Shown: one piece after another, positions 17,825 through 25,933 of the stretch
Layout of the letters: each line of letters starts with the position of its first letter
Numbering within the stretch: the stretch's first letter is position 1
From: Desulfomonilia bacterium
GTDB taxonomy: Bacteria; Desulfobacterota; Desulfomonilia; UBA1062
NCBI GenBank assembly: GCA_049275795.1
Contig: JBASVF010000098.1
Location: forward strand, 1 to 37,127
Direction of reading: 5' to 3'
Length of the DNA stretch: 37,127 nt
Translations under genes and position numbers: made by a program
The notes under the pieces: generated by a model
Database searches by the model: none
What the model was told of the DNA's origin: nothing
Seen by the model: the letters and a program-made list of their open reading frames with translations, nothing else

Positions 17825-19714
17825 TCAGCCTGCCGGCAGATGCACGTGCACGCTCGTGCCGCAACCGGGCCGGCTCTCGACCGTGATCCGGCCGAGGTGC
17901 TCTCTGACGATCCAGTATGCCAGGCTCAAGCCCAGGCCGGTTCCCCCATCCGCGTCCTTGGTCGTGAAGAAGGGATCTAAGACCTTGGCGATATGCTCCT
18001 CGGGAATTCCGCAGCCCGTATCGCTTATCGTCACCTCGACCTCCCGCACGGGCGCGGGGTGAAAGGCGGTCTCGACCGTGATGGAGCCGCCAGGTGCGAC
18101 CGCCTGGGCCGCATTCCACAGGATATTGATGAACACCTGCTGGAGCAGGACCGGCTCTCCGTGAACCTGCAGAGCAGGCTGAAAGCGCGTCTTGAGTCTC
18201 ACCGCCTCGAAGAGCTCGTGCCGGCACACCAGGTCGAGGGCCGCATTCAGGACCTCGCCCACGTCGAAGGCCTGCGTTTGGTTCCCGCTGCTTCGGCGCG
18301 AGAACCTCAGAAGCCGCGATATCACCTCGCGACAGGTTTCTCCCGCCGACCTGATCATCCGGATGGACTCGTAGCTCGGGTCGTTGGCATCGAGCGAATC
18401 GAGGAGCATGTCTGCGATGTTCACCACCCCGACCAGGGGGTTGTTGAGCTGGTGCGCCAGGCCCCCCATCATCTGGCCCAGGAAGCTCATCTTCTGCGAC
18501 TGGATGAGGTTGGCCTTAAGCTTTTTGGTCTCCTCGATATCGGTGGCCAGAAGCAGGGTCGCGATCTCCCGGCCCGAGCGCTCGTTCCTTACCTTGGTTG
18601 CGGTCAGCTCGGTAAGGAAGGTCGATCCGTCCCGTCTCACCAGGTGGAAGGTGCCGCACCACCGGTCGGGTGAGGCCACCGCCTCGAGCAGGACGGGCAG
18701 CTCGTCGGCCGGGAAGAATCGGTCCACCGGGTTGTGCAGGACCTCTCGGGCCGGGTAGCCGAGCGAGAGCTCGGCAGTGCGGTTGATGCTCATCACCCTG
18801 CGGCGGGAGTCTATCGAGAGGACCAGGTTCGGCGAGGCATCCAGGATCGCGCTCAGGAACCGGCGCGATCGCCTGAGCTCCCTGCTTCGCTTCTCGACCT
18901 TGCGCATCTCGTGGAAGAGGTCCTGCTCGATCTCGCAGAATATTGCGGTGCCGAAGTCCTGGCCCACATCGAGCAGGCTGATGCGGAAGGTCATCTCCTG
19001 GTCATAGAACTGGGGCCGGTAGTGATCGAACCTGATCCATTCGAGCCTGGATAGGCCGGACCTGGAATCCCTGCTCATCCTGATGACAGGGTTCTTCTGG
19101 GGTGCGTTCGAGAAGACCTCCCCGAGCTTCCTGCCCATGACATTCTCCCTCGCCACGTGGGAGTTGAGCTCCTGCTGCCTGTTGAAGCAGCAGATCCTTT
19201 CCTGCCTGTCCACCACGATGATCCCGATCGGGGCCTTGTCGATGAGCTTCTCGAGAAAGGTATTCCGTCGCCTGAGTCTCTCGAGCTCGTCTTGGGCCGC
19301 GTCCTGTTCGAGGAATTCGAAGCACAGGAAGTCTCCGGCGGCGATGACCCGCACCCTGCGCCCGTTCGGGCCCACGGGCAGGCAGTCGGCCCCTGAGCGC
19401 ACGACCTCGGGGGTGATGAGGTCCGACAGCCCGGCGACATGATCGAGAAGCGACTCGCCGACGGGCATCGTCCCTTCCGGGGACGATGCCAGCACGCTCA
19501 ACCTCCTGTCGGTGATCACGTTCATACCCGCTTTCAGACCTCGCCCCTCAATGGTTGCGGGCTCTACAGCCGGCATAACCCTCACGATCCTGCACAGGGT
19601 CCCGGGGCCCCCGATCTCATGCTGCAGACGTGAATCAGCCTCGCCGAGGGCGGCAGGTCCCGGTGCCCGGCAAGTATCGACCTGCGATGGGAACCACGTG
19701 CGCTGATGCGGCAA
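17825..19714 (-). CDS. cytoplasmic PAS-domain sensor histidine kinase
   Basis: There are two PAS-like segments. The H-box is GGLAHQLNNPL, the N-box NILWNAAQA, the G1 box DTGCGIP and the G2 box GGTGLGLSL. No TM helices are seen. The start is uncertain: TTG at 19714 or internal ATGs (MPAVEP, MNVITD). Confidence 0.85.
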   Translation of the reverse strand: MPHQRTWFPSQVDTCRAPGPAALGEADSRLQHEIGGPGTLCRIVRVMPAVEPATIEGRGLKAGMNVITDRRLSVLASSPEGTMPVGESLLDHVAGLSDLITPEVVRSGADCLPVGPNGRRVRVIAAGDFLCFEFLEQDAAQDELERLRRRNTFLEKLIDKAPIGIIVVDRQERICCFNRQQELNSHVARENVMGRKLGEVFSNAPQKNPVIRMSRDSRSGLSRLEWIRFDHYRPQFYDQEMTFRISLLDVGQDFGTAIFCEIEQDLFHEMRKVEKRSRELRRSRRFLSAILDASPNLVLSIDSRRRVMSINRTAELSLGYPAREVLHNPVDRFFPADELPVLLEAVASPDRWCGTFHLVRRDGSTFLTELTATKVRNERSGREIATLLLATDIEETKKLKANLIQSQKMSFLGQMMGGLAHQLNNPLVGVVNIADMLLDSLDANDPSYESIRMIRSAGETCREVISRLLRFSRRSSGNQTQAFDVGEVLNAALDLVCRHELFEAVRLKTRFQPALQVHGEPVLLQQVFINILWNAAQAVAPGGSITVETAFHPAPVREVEVTISDTGCGIPEEHIAKVLDPFFTTKDADGGTGLGLSLAYWIVREHLGRITVESRPGCGTSVHVHLPAG

Positions 19715-19834
19715 GACGCCCCGGGGAGGGACTCATGCAGAGGTCTTGCCATGGCCTTGCACCTCCAAGTTATTCCATTCACGACGAATGGATCGAAAAC
19801 CGGTGTCATAACAAAGTGTGATGCGTATCTTTCA

Positions 19835-19863
19835 CTTGTATCAAAGGCAGATCAGGGTGTCAA
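19835..19863 (-). promoter_or_regulatory. sigma70-type promoter candidate TTGACA-N17-TACAAG upstream of the kinase gene
   Basis: On the minus strand TTGACA lies at 19863-19858, followed by a 17-nt spacer and TACAAG at 19840-19835. The local stretch is AT-rich. Confidence 0.3.
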
Positions 19864-20138
19864 TTACCGTTCGACCCGGGGCGGTTCTGAGCGGCCTTGC
19901 GGGGATGGAATCGGGCCGTGCTTTCGGAGCGGTCCACCCGGGCGCGGCGTGGGGCAGGCATCGCTCCAGGCCGATCTTCCTGCGTAAGACACTGCCTCCC
20001 CGGGCTTGGCGGGATTGCGATTCGGCTCGAGCTCGAGATCCATGGCGCCATACCGGATTATCGAGCCGGTACATCCGGCCGCAACAAGGAATCTTTCACA
20101 GGGTGGACCGGGCTGGAGACCCGGTCGCGGACGGTGGC

Positions 20139-20930
20139 CTAGGATCGCGATCCGAGGATATCCTCGAGCTTGATCTCGGGATGGCGGTACCTACGGTACT
20201 TCCGTGTTCTTCGACCGTACTGGATCGCTTCCTGCGGACACCACTGCAGGCAGGAAAAGCACTGCTCGCACCTGTGGAGCCATACGGGCCTGCCTTCGAC
20301 GAGCTCGATGTTGTCCGCCGGGCACACCCGTTTGCAGACGCCGCACGAGTTGCAGCCCGCATCGGCCAGGAACGGCCTGTCCATAGCCGGCACCCGGCTC
20401 AATGTCATCCGATAGACGGCCGTGAAAAGCAGCCTCTGCCAGAGCGGCCCCTTTTCCACGGGCAGGCTCTCCTGCCTGCCCACGATCGATGCGATCTCAC
20501 CTATCCTGTGCTCAGCCCTTGAGAAGAGCCTTTGCTGCTTCTCCACCGGGCCCGGCCCTCCCAGGGGTATGTAGTTCGACGGCATTCTCACGTCAAAGCC
20601 TGCCGAGAGCTTCACACCCCTTTCAGCAAGGATGCGTTCGAGCTGAATCAGGGTGTTGGAGACCTGGCCCCCGTTTACCGCAACGGAAAAGGCATAGGCC
20701 CCCGGCATTACGCTCAATTCCTTGGAAAACCGCACCACCCGGCCTGGCACCCCCCAGATGTGCACCGGGAACACCAGACCCACGATCGAGGAGCCTGCGG
20801 CCTTCTCCAAGCTCCCGCGGCCTGACATGGACGCCGTGCCGGCGTCTTCGAGCCTGCCTGCAAGCAGGCGCGCCACCCACAGCGAGTTGCCGGTTCCGGT
20901 ATAGTAGAAGATCGTTGCGCTCACAGCCAT
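20139..20930 (-). CDS. EFR1-family ferredoxin (flavodoxin-like domain fused to a 2x[4Fe-4S] ferredoxin domain)
   Basis: From the ATG at 20930 (preceded by AAGGGGGGG) the N-terminus reads MAVSATIFYYTGTGNSLWVA. The C-terminal region has CNSCGVCKRVCP and CEQCFSCLQWCP. The track ORF start at 21152 is rejected. Confidence 0.85.
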   Translation of the reverse strand: MAVSATIFYYTGTGNSLWVARLLAGRLEDAGTASMSGRGSLEKAAGSSIVGLVFPVHIWGVPGRVVRFSKELSVMPGAYAFSVAVNGGQVSNTLIQLERILAERGVKLSAGFDVRMPSNYIPLGGPGPVEKQQRLFSRAEHRIGEIASIVGRQESLPVEKGPLWQRLLFTAVYRMTLSRVPAMDRPFLADAGCNSCGVCKRVCPADNIELVEGRPVWLHRCEQCFSCLQWCPQEAIQYGRRTRKYRRYRHPEIKLEDILGSRS

Positions 20931-20987
20931 CCCCCCCTTTCCCTTAAAAAGTCGTTTTCGGGTTCCCCGGGCACTGCATACCCTGCC

Positions 20988-21011
20988 ATGATGCGGCACC
21001 AGATGCATCAT
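20988..21011. promoter_or_regulatory. inverted repeat ATGATGC-N10-GCATCAT upstream of the EFR1 ferredoxin gene
   Basis: It has perfect 7-bp arms. It lies 58-81 nt upstream of the ferredoxin ATG, in the divergent intergenic region shared with the TetR gene. Confidence 0.3.
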
Positions 21012-21161
21012 ATCACGCAGTGAACTCCCGGAACACAGGCAAAGGGGCAGGCCCCGGCCCCAGTTCCATCCGTCACGGCAGGGAAACCCGTCGATCGAGA
21101 TGGACCTGCTGTGGCACCGGCCCGCCTCATCCGGGCCTGCATAAAAAATCATACACGTATA

Positions 21162-21190
21162 TTGACTCTACTAGACGACTGGTCTACTAT
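21162..21190 (+). promoter_or_regulatory. sigma70 promoter TTGACT-N17-TACTAT with an embedded operator-like repeat (TAGAC-N5-GTCTA; direct TCTACTA x2)
   Basis: TTGACT lies at 21162-21167 and TACTAT at 21185-21190 with an exact 17-nt spacer. The inverted repeat spans 21172-21186. TCTACTA occurs at 21167-21173 and 21183-21189. The element lies ~20 nt upstream of the TetR ATG. Confidence 0.5.
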
Positions 21191-21212
21191 TCAGCGGTAC
21201 GAGGACAGAGGC

Positions 21213-21797
21213 ATGGGAAAATCCACGGCAAAGGAAAGCATTCTTCTGAGCGGGGCGAGGCTCATCCACGAGAAGGGCTACAACAACACCGGCCTCAAGG
21301 AGATCCTCGACGCGGCCGGAATCCCCAAGGGGTCGTTCTACTTTCACTTCAGGAGCAAGGAGGACTTCGGGCTCCAGGTCGTGGATACCTATGCGTCCTT
21401 CATCCGCCGGGTCGCCATGAAGTACCTCGGCGACACCTCCCTGCCCCCGCTCTCGCGCATCGAGGGCTTCCTCGATTTTTACATCGAGCACTTCAAGCGC
21501 ATGGATCTCCGCTACGGCTGCCCGATCGGCAAGCTCATGCAAGAGATGAGCGACCTGAGCGAGCCCTTCCGCGAAAAGATCGGCTCGGTTTACGACGAGG
21601 TGTGCTCCCTGATACGGCAGTGCCTGGAAGACGCCCGGCAGGCGGGCGTGCTGCGCGAAAACCTCGACACCCGGGAGACCGCCCAGTTCATCTTCGACAG
21701 CTGGGAGGGGGCCATCATGCACATGAAGCTGGCCAGGAGCGCCGAGCCGCTCCTGAATTGCAAGAAGATGCTCCTTTCCACGCTGTTCAGATCTTGA
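21213..21797 (+). CDS. TetR/AcrR-family transcriptional regulator
   Basis: From the ATG at 21213 the N-terminal HTH region reads ILLSGARLIHEKGYNNTGLKEILDAAGIPKGSFYFHFRSKEDF. The track start at 21111 is rejected because it would cover the promoter. Confidence 0.9.
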   Translation: MGKSTAKESILLSGARLIHEKGYNNTGLKEILDAAGIPKGSFYFHFRSKEDFGLQVVDTYASFIRRVAMKYLGDTSLPPLSRIEGFLDFYIEHFKRMDLRYGCPIGKLMQEMSDLSEPFREKIGSVYDEVCSLIRQCLEDARQAGVLRENLDTRETAQFIFDSWEGAIMHMKLARSAEPLLNCKKMLLSTLFRS

Positions 21798-21949
21798 GGG
21801 GCAAAGACGGCCTGGGCCGGGGTGTACGCAGCACGGCTCCCGGCACGGGCGGATGCAGCGCCCGTACCGGGCGGGTTAGATTCTTCCCGGCATAAGAAGC
21901 CGGGATCGCAATAATGAACGGGCAAACCGTTCAAAGGAGGGAGAGAGCT

Positions 21950-24190
21950 ATGGGGCAGTGGCACAAGACCGGGTGCGTGCTCTGCGCGCAGAACTGCGGC
22001 CTGGAGGTCCTGGTCGAGGACAACCGCATCGTCAAGGTCAGGGGGGACCGTGACAATCCCAGGAGCAGGGGCTATATCTGCCGCAAGGGCATGCACGTGG
22101 CCTTCTACCAGCACCACGCCGATCGGCTTACAACCCCGCTCAAGAAAGTGGGGGGATCCTTCGAGCGGATATCCTGGGACCAGGCTGCAACCGAGATAGC
22201 CGAGAAGCTCGCCTCGATCGTGGAGGCTTACGGCCCCAAGTCCTTCGCCTACATGGGTGGAGGCGGACAGGGCTGCCATTTCGAGGCCGCCTTCGGGGTG
22301 CGGCTGCTGCGCGCCATGGGCTCGCGATACCACTACAGCGCCCTCGGGCAGGAGCTCACCGGCATCTTCTGGGCGTTCGGACGGGTTACGGGCAAGCAGT
22401 ACCTCTTCACCATCCCGGACGAGGAGAGGACGGACATGCTCCTGGCCATAGGCTGGAACGGCATGCAATCGCACCAGATGCCCAGGGCTCCGATCGTGCT
22501 CAAGGAGATCGCTAGAGACCCGGACAAGCTGCTCGTTGTCATCGACCCGCGCAAGTCCGAAACGGCCGCCATCGCCGACATCCACCTGCCGCTCAGGCCC
22601 GGGACCGACGCGCTCCTGGCACGGGCCATGATCGCCATCATACTTAAGGAAGGATGGCATGACCGTGAGTACATCGAGCAGCACGCCGCCGGGTTCGACG
22701 AGATCGAACCCTGGTTCGAAGGCTTCGACGTTGCGGAAGCGATACGGGTGTGCGGCCTTGATTACGGCATGGTCAAAGAGGTGTGCCGCGAACTCGGGCG
22801 TCGCTCGTGGTGCATGCACCCCGACCTGGGCGTGTACATGAACCGCCACAGCACGGCCGCGAGCTACCTGTACCTGGTGCTTGCCGGCATCTGCGGGCGG
22901 ATCTGCACGCCCGGCGGCAACGTCATCCCCGGCCGGCTCATGCCGCTCGGCGCCCATACGGACGAGCGCGATCCCAGGACCTGGCGCACCGTTTCAACCG
23001 GCTTCCCGGCCCTCATGGGGGTCTTCCCGCCCAACGTTCTGCCCGAGGAGATCCTGAGCGGCCACCCTGAAAGGATCAGGGCGGTCCTGTGCAGCCAGTC
23101 GAACCCGCTCCGCTCCTATGCGGACACCGCAGCCTACGAGGAGGCGTTCGGAAAGCTCGACCTCCTGGTCACCTGTGAGCTTGCCATGACCGAGACCGCG
23201 GCGCTCTCGCACTACGTGCTGCCGGCGCGCTCGGGGTACGAGTCATGGGACGGCACCTTCTTTCCCTGGACCTTCCCCGATATCTACTTCCAGATGCGCC
23301 GCCCCATCGTGGAGCCGGCAGGCGAACCGCTGGAGGTGAGCCAGATCATGACCCTCATCGCGGAGAAGCTGGGGATCATTCCCCGGATCCCCGAGACGCT
23401 CCACAGGGCCGCCTTCACCGACCGCGCGGCCTTCGGGATGGAGCTGATGACCTTTGCGGCCCAGGAGCCGTCGGCCCTCAAGAACATGCCCTTCATCCTC
23501 GCCAAGACCCTCGGAGAGAAGATGGACTCGGCCAACCTTGCGGCCCTGTGGGGCCTGCTCCAGGTGGCGCCCGGAGATTTCCGCAGGGATGCAGAGCGGG
23601 CGGGGTTCACGCCGGGACCGGACCTCGGCGAGCAGCTCTTTAAAGCCATCTGCGATCACCCCGAGGGGCTCATCATCGGGCGGTGCGACAAGGACGACAA
23701 CTTCGGAAAGCTCCGCACGAAAGACGGGAGGGTGAACCTCTGCATCCCGGAGATGGAGCAGTGGGTGAAGAGCATCGACGCCCGCTCAGAGGAGCTCGCG
23801 CTCGCGCCCGACCCCGACTACCCGCTCATCCTGAACGCGGGGCGGCACATGAGCACGAACGCCAACACCCTCATGCGCGACCCATCCTGGAACGACGGCC
23901 GCAGGGCATGCACGCTCGCCATGAACCCATCGGACGCGGAAGATCTCGGCCTTTCGGACGGCCAGCTGGTGCGGGTCATCACCGAGGCGGGCGAGGCAAC
24001 GATCGAGCTCGAGGTGACCGAGAGGGCGCGCAAGGGCCAGGTAATCATCCCGCACGGGTTCGGGCTCGTGTACCAGGGCAAGATCTACGGGGTGAACGTA
24101 AACCGCCTCACCAAGAACACGCACCGCGACAGGTTCGCTGCGACCCCGCTGCACCGGTACGTGCCGTGCCGGGTCGAACCGGCGTCATAA
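21950..24190 (+). CDS. cytoplasmic molybdopterin (bis-MGD) oxidoreductase, MopB superfamily, substrate unknown
   Basis: From the ATG at 21950, after AAAGGAGGGAG, the N-terminal 4Fe-4S motif is CVLCAQNCGL...GYICRKG. There is no twin-arginine signal. The ~746-aa length and the C-terminal barrel region (LVRVITEAGEATIELEVTERARKGQVIIPHGFG) are typical of the superfamily. Confidence 0.9.
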   Translation: MGQWHKTGCVLCAQNCGLEVLVEDNRIVKVRGDRDNPRSRGYICRKGMHVAFYQHHADRLTTPLKKVGGSFERISWDQAATEIAEKLASIVEAYGPKSFAYMGGGGQGCHFEAAFGVRLLRAMGSRYHYSALGQELTGIFWAFGRVTGKQYLFTIPDEERTDMLLAIGWNGMQSHQMPRAPIVLKEIARDPDKLLVVIDPRKSETAAIADIHLPLRPGTDALLARAMIAIILKEGWHDREYIEQHAAGFDEIEPWFEGFDVAEAIRVCGLDYGMVKEVCRELGRRSWCMHPDLGVYMNRHSTAASYLYLVLAGICGRICTPGGNVIPGRLMPLGAHTDERDPRTWRTVSTGFPALMGVFPPNVLPEEILSGHPERIRAVLCSQSNPLRSYADTAAYEEAFGKLDLLVTCELAMTETAALSHYVLPARSGYESWDGTFFPWTFPDIYFQMRRPIVEPAGEPLEVSQIMTLIAEKLGIIPRIPETLHRAAFTDRAAFGMELMTFAAQEPSALKNMPFILAKTLGEKMDSANLAALWGLLQVAPGDFRRDAERAGFTPGPDLGEQLFKAICDHPEGLIIGRCDKDDNFGKLRTKDGRVNLCIPEMEQWVKSIDARSEELALAPDPDYPLILNAGRHMSTNANTLMRDPSWNDGRRACTLAMNPSDAEDLGLSDGQLVRVITEAGEATIELEVTERARKGQVIIPHGFGLVYQGKIYGVNVNRLTKNTHRDRFAATPLHRYVPCRVEPAS

Positions 24191-24257
24191 CGGCGGGCAT
24201 CGGCGGCCGAAGGGTCAAGCGCCCGGTACCTTACGCGTCGCGAGGCCCTTGAGTCCC

Positions 24258-25085
24258 TCACTCCTTGTGGATGATGGTGCCGACGTGCTCGCCGGCCAAG
24301 GCGCGGGTGATGTTGCCCTCTTCCAGCCCGTTGACGATCTGGATGCGGTCGATCACCTCGCTCAACTGGAGGATCTCGATGCAGGGCCGCTCGATGATCA
24401 TATCGACCAGGTCGCGCTCCATGAGCTCGCGGGCCCCGATCTCGTCGATGAACGAGGCGTCCGGGTTCTTCTTCGGGTCGTCGGTGTAGAGGCCCTTCTC
24501 GTCCTTGACGAAGATGCACGACTTCGCGCCGATCAGGTCGGCCAGAATGATCGTGCCCACGTCGGTGCGGTGCAATGGGATACGCCCCTTGACCGGCATG
24601 GCGAAGTAGTCGTAGGGAGGCATGCCATGCATGATGGGAATGCAGCCCGTGTTGAAGTAGGTGTGCAGCTTTACCACGTCGTCGTGCCCGATCTTCACCC
24701 CGCCCCAGGGAGAAAGCAGGGTCGCCAGCAGCAGGGCGTTCTGCTCGGAGATGGTGCTGCCGAATTTGGCGATGATGCCGGTGGGCATGCCGAGCTCGAG
24801 CCCGATGGTGTAGACGTGCCGGCTCCTCGTACCGCCGCCGGTGGTGAGGAGGAGCTTGTGCTCCTCCTTGTTGACGGCGATCTCCTTCACGATGGCGGGC
24901 AGGGCCTTGGTGCCCCGGTCGCAGATGGACTGGCCGCCGATCTTGAGGATATTCACATCGGGGAAGAGCCGGGTCTGGGGAGCCAGCCTCATCTCTTCAA
25001 GCAGGTCCTTGCTCACCAGGCTCTCGCCCATGAGCCTGCTCTTGATGTGCAGCCTCTTGCTGTCCTTCTCTCGTATGAGCGCCAT
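24258..25085 (-). CDS. amino-acid-kinase-fold protein resembling molybdenum storage protein subunits MosA/MosB
   Basis: Four motifs match my recollection of Azotobacter MosA/B: ILKIGGQSICDRG, TTGGGTRSRH, MPPY...RTDVG and FVKDEKGLYTDDPKKNPDASFI...VNGLEEGNITRALAGEHVGTIIH. AAGGAG lies 5 nt upstream of the ATG at 25085. Confidence 0.75.
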   Translation of the reverse strand: MALIREKDSKRLHIKSRLMGESLVSKDLLEEMRLAPQTRLFPDVNILKIGGQSICDRGTKALPAIVKEIAVNKEEHKLLLTTGGGTRSRHVYTIGLELGMPTGIIAKFGSTISEQNALLLATLLSPWGGVKIGHDDVVKLHTYFNTGCIPIMHGMPPYDYFAMPVKGRIPLHRTDVGTIILADLIGAKSCIFVKDEKGLYTDDPKKNPDASFIDEIGARELMERDLVDMIIERPCIEILQLSEVIDRIQIVNGLEEGNITRALAGEHVGTIIHKE

Positions 25086-25230
25086 ATGCTCTCCTTTGGA
25101 ATCCTCCTTCCCGGTCCGCTGCTTCGAGAGCCTGGGAAGATATGTGACCTTCCCCCGCCGCCTGCGGCGGACCCGGGTTCAAGGCTTGCTTTCCATGCGA
25201 TTCATTGGTCGTGCGGAATTCCGCGGCAGC

Positions 25231-25443
25231 CTAGACTTCTACATCTTCATCCTTCTTTTCGCCCTGCCTGAGCTGGATCAGCTCCGCCCCGAGTTCGGAG
25301 GCGATGTGCTCGAGCTCGCTCTTCCGGAGGTGCTTGGCGAAGATGCGCAGGTCGACCCCTGCCACCGCTACCAGGATGAATCGAGGCTTCTTTTCGTCCT
25401 CTTTCACCTTCAGACGTTCCCTGAAAAAGATCTTGCCTGCCAT
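25231..25443 (-). CDS. small charged protein (70 aa), paralog A, unknown family
   Basis: The sequence is MAGKIFFRERLKVKEDEKKPRFILVAVAGVDLRIFAKHLRKSELEHIASELGAELIQLRQGEKKDEDVEV. AAGGAGG lies 7 nt upstream. It is ~59% identical (38/64 by hand) to the ORF at 25731..25931, and that conservation supports coding. Confidence 0.65.
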   Translation of the reverse strand: MAGKIFFRERLKVKEDEKKPRFILVAVAGVDLRIFAKHLRKSELEHIASELGAELIQLRQGEKKDEDVEV

Positions 25444-25526
25444 GTCATGCCTCCTTGGATCACCGTGTTACGGGTTTGTGAGCCGCGTTTACAGAAGCAC
25501 GGGGATGTTAAGAGGCTCCATTGATT

Positions 25527-25554
25527 CATATAATCTCCATGGCTGCCAAGTCAA
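25527..25554 (-). promoter_or_regulatory. sigma70-type promoter candidate TTGACT-N16-TATATG for small protein A
   Basis: On the minus strand TTGACT lies at 25554-25549 and TATATG at 25532-25527. The element lies ~85 nt upstream of the ATG at 25443 and just downstream of a strong terminator. Confidence 0.35.
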
Positions 25555-25660
25555 ACGATCACATAACGGGCGGTTGGTCTTGGACCTCTTGCCATCCGGC
25601 CGGGAAATTCATCCCGGTCCGGGGGGAGGTGCGGGCCACCCGGGCTCATACCCCGACAAT

Positions 25661-25697
25661 AAAAAAGCCCCCGCTAGGTCCGTACCCAAGCGGGGGC
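25661..25697 (-). terminator. rho-independent terminator after small protein B
   Basis: The minus strand reads GCCCCCGCT-(13-nt loop)-AGCGGGGGC followed by TTTTTTATTG. The 9-bp stem is perfect and GC-rich. It lies 34 nt after the stop at 25731. Confidence 0.75.
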
Positions 25698-25730
25698 CTG
25701 ATTTATCGAAGCTCGAACAGATCGAGCCGG

Positions 25731-25931
25731 TTACTTCATCTTCTTTTCGCCTCCAGTGAGCTCTACGAGCTCGGCGCCTGTCTTCTGGGCCATCTGCTCA
25801 AGCTCGCTCTTGCGAACGTGCCTGGCATGAACCTTCAGGTCGGCGCCCGACGAGGCTACCAGGTGGTACCGGGGCTTCTTCTCGCCCTCGTCCACCTTTC
25901 TGCGTTGACGGTAAAAAATCACTCCTGACAT
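25731..25931 (-). CDS. small charged protein (66 aa), paralog B, unknown family
   Basis: From the ATG at 25931 the sequence is MSGVIFYRQRRKVDEGEKKPRYHLVASSGADLKVHARHVRKSELEQMAQKTGAELVELTGGEKKMK. The SD GAAGGAGAA sits inside the last codons of the upstream gene, only 2 nt separate that gene's stop from this start. Confidence 0.65.
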   Translation of the reverse strand: MSGVIFYRQRRKVDEGEKKPRYHLVASSGADLKVHARHVRKSELEQMAQKTGAELVELTGGEKKMK

Positions 25932-25933
25932 GG

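Noticed and set aside
21798-21949. Possible Moco riboswitch or attenuator between TetR and the Mo enzyme
   Set aside because: Hairpins are present, but I cannot identify the conserved Moco-motif elements from memory. No U-tract follows the stems. An Rfam scan would be needed to support it.
25231-25931. Idea that the 66-70 aa proteins are molbindin/Mop (TOBE) Mo-binding proteins, given their size and Mo-related neighbours
   Set aside because: The sequences lack the N-terminal SARN-type motif and the TOBE beta-pattern as I recall them. Only a trivial GAEL match is shared.
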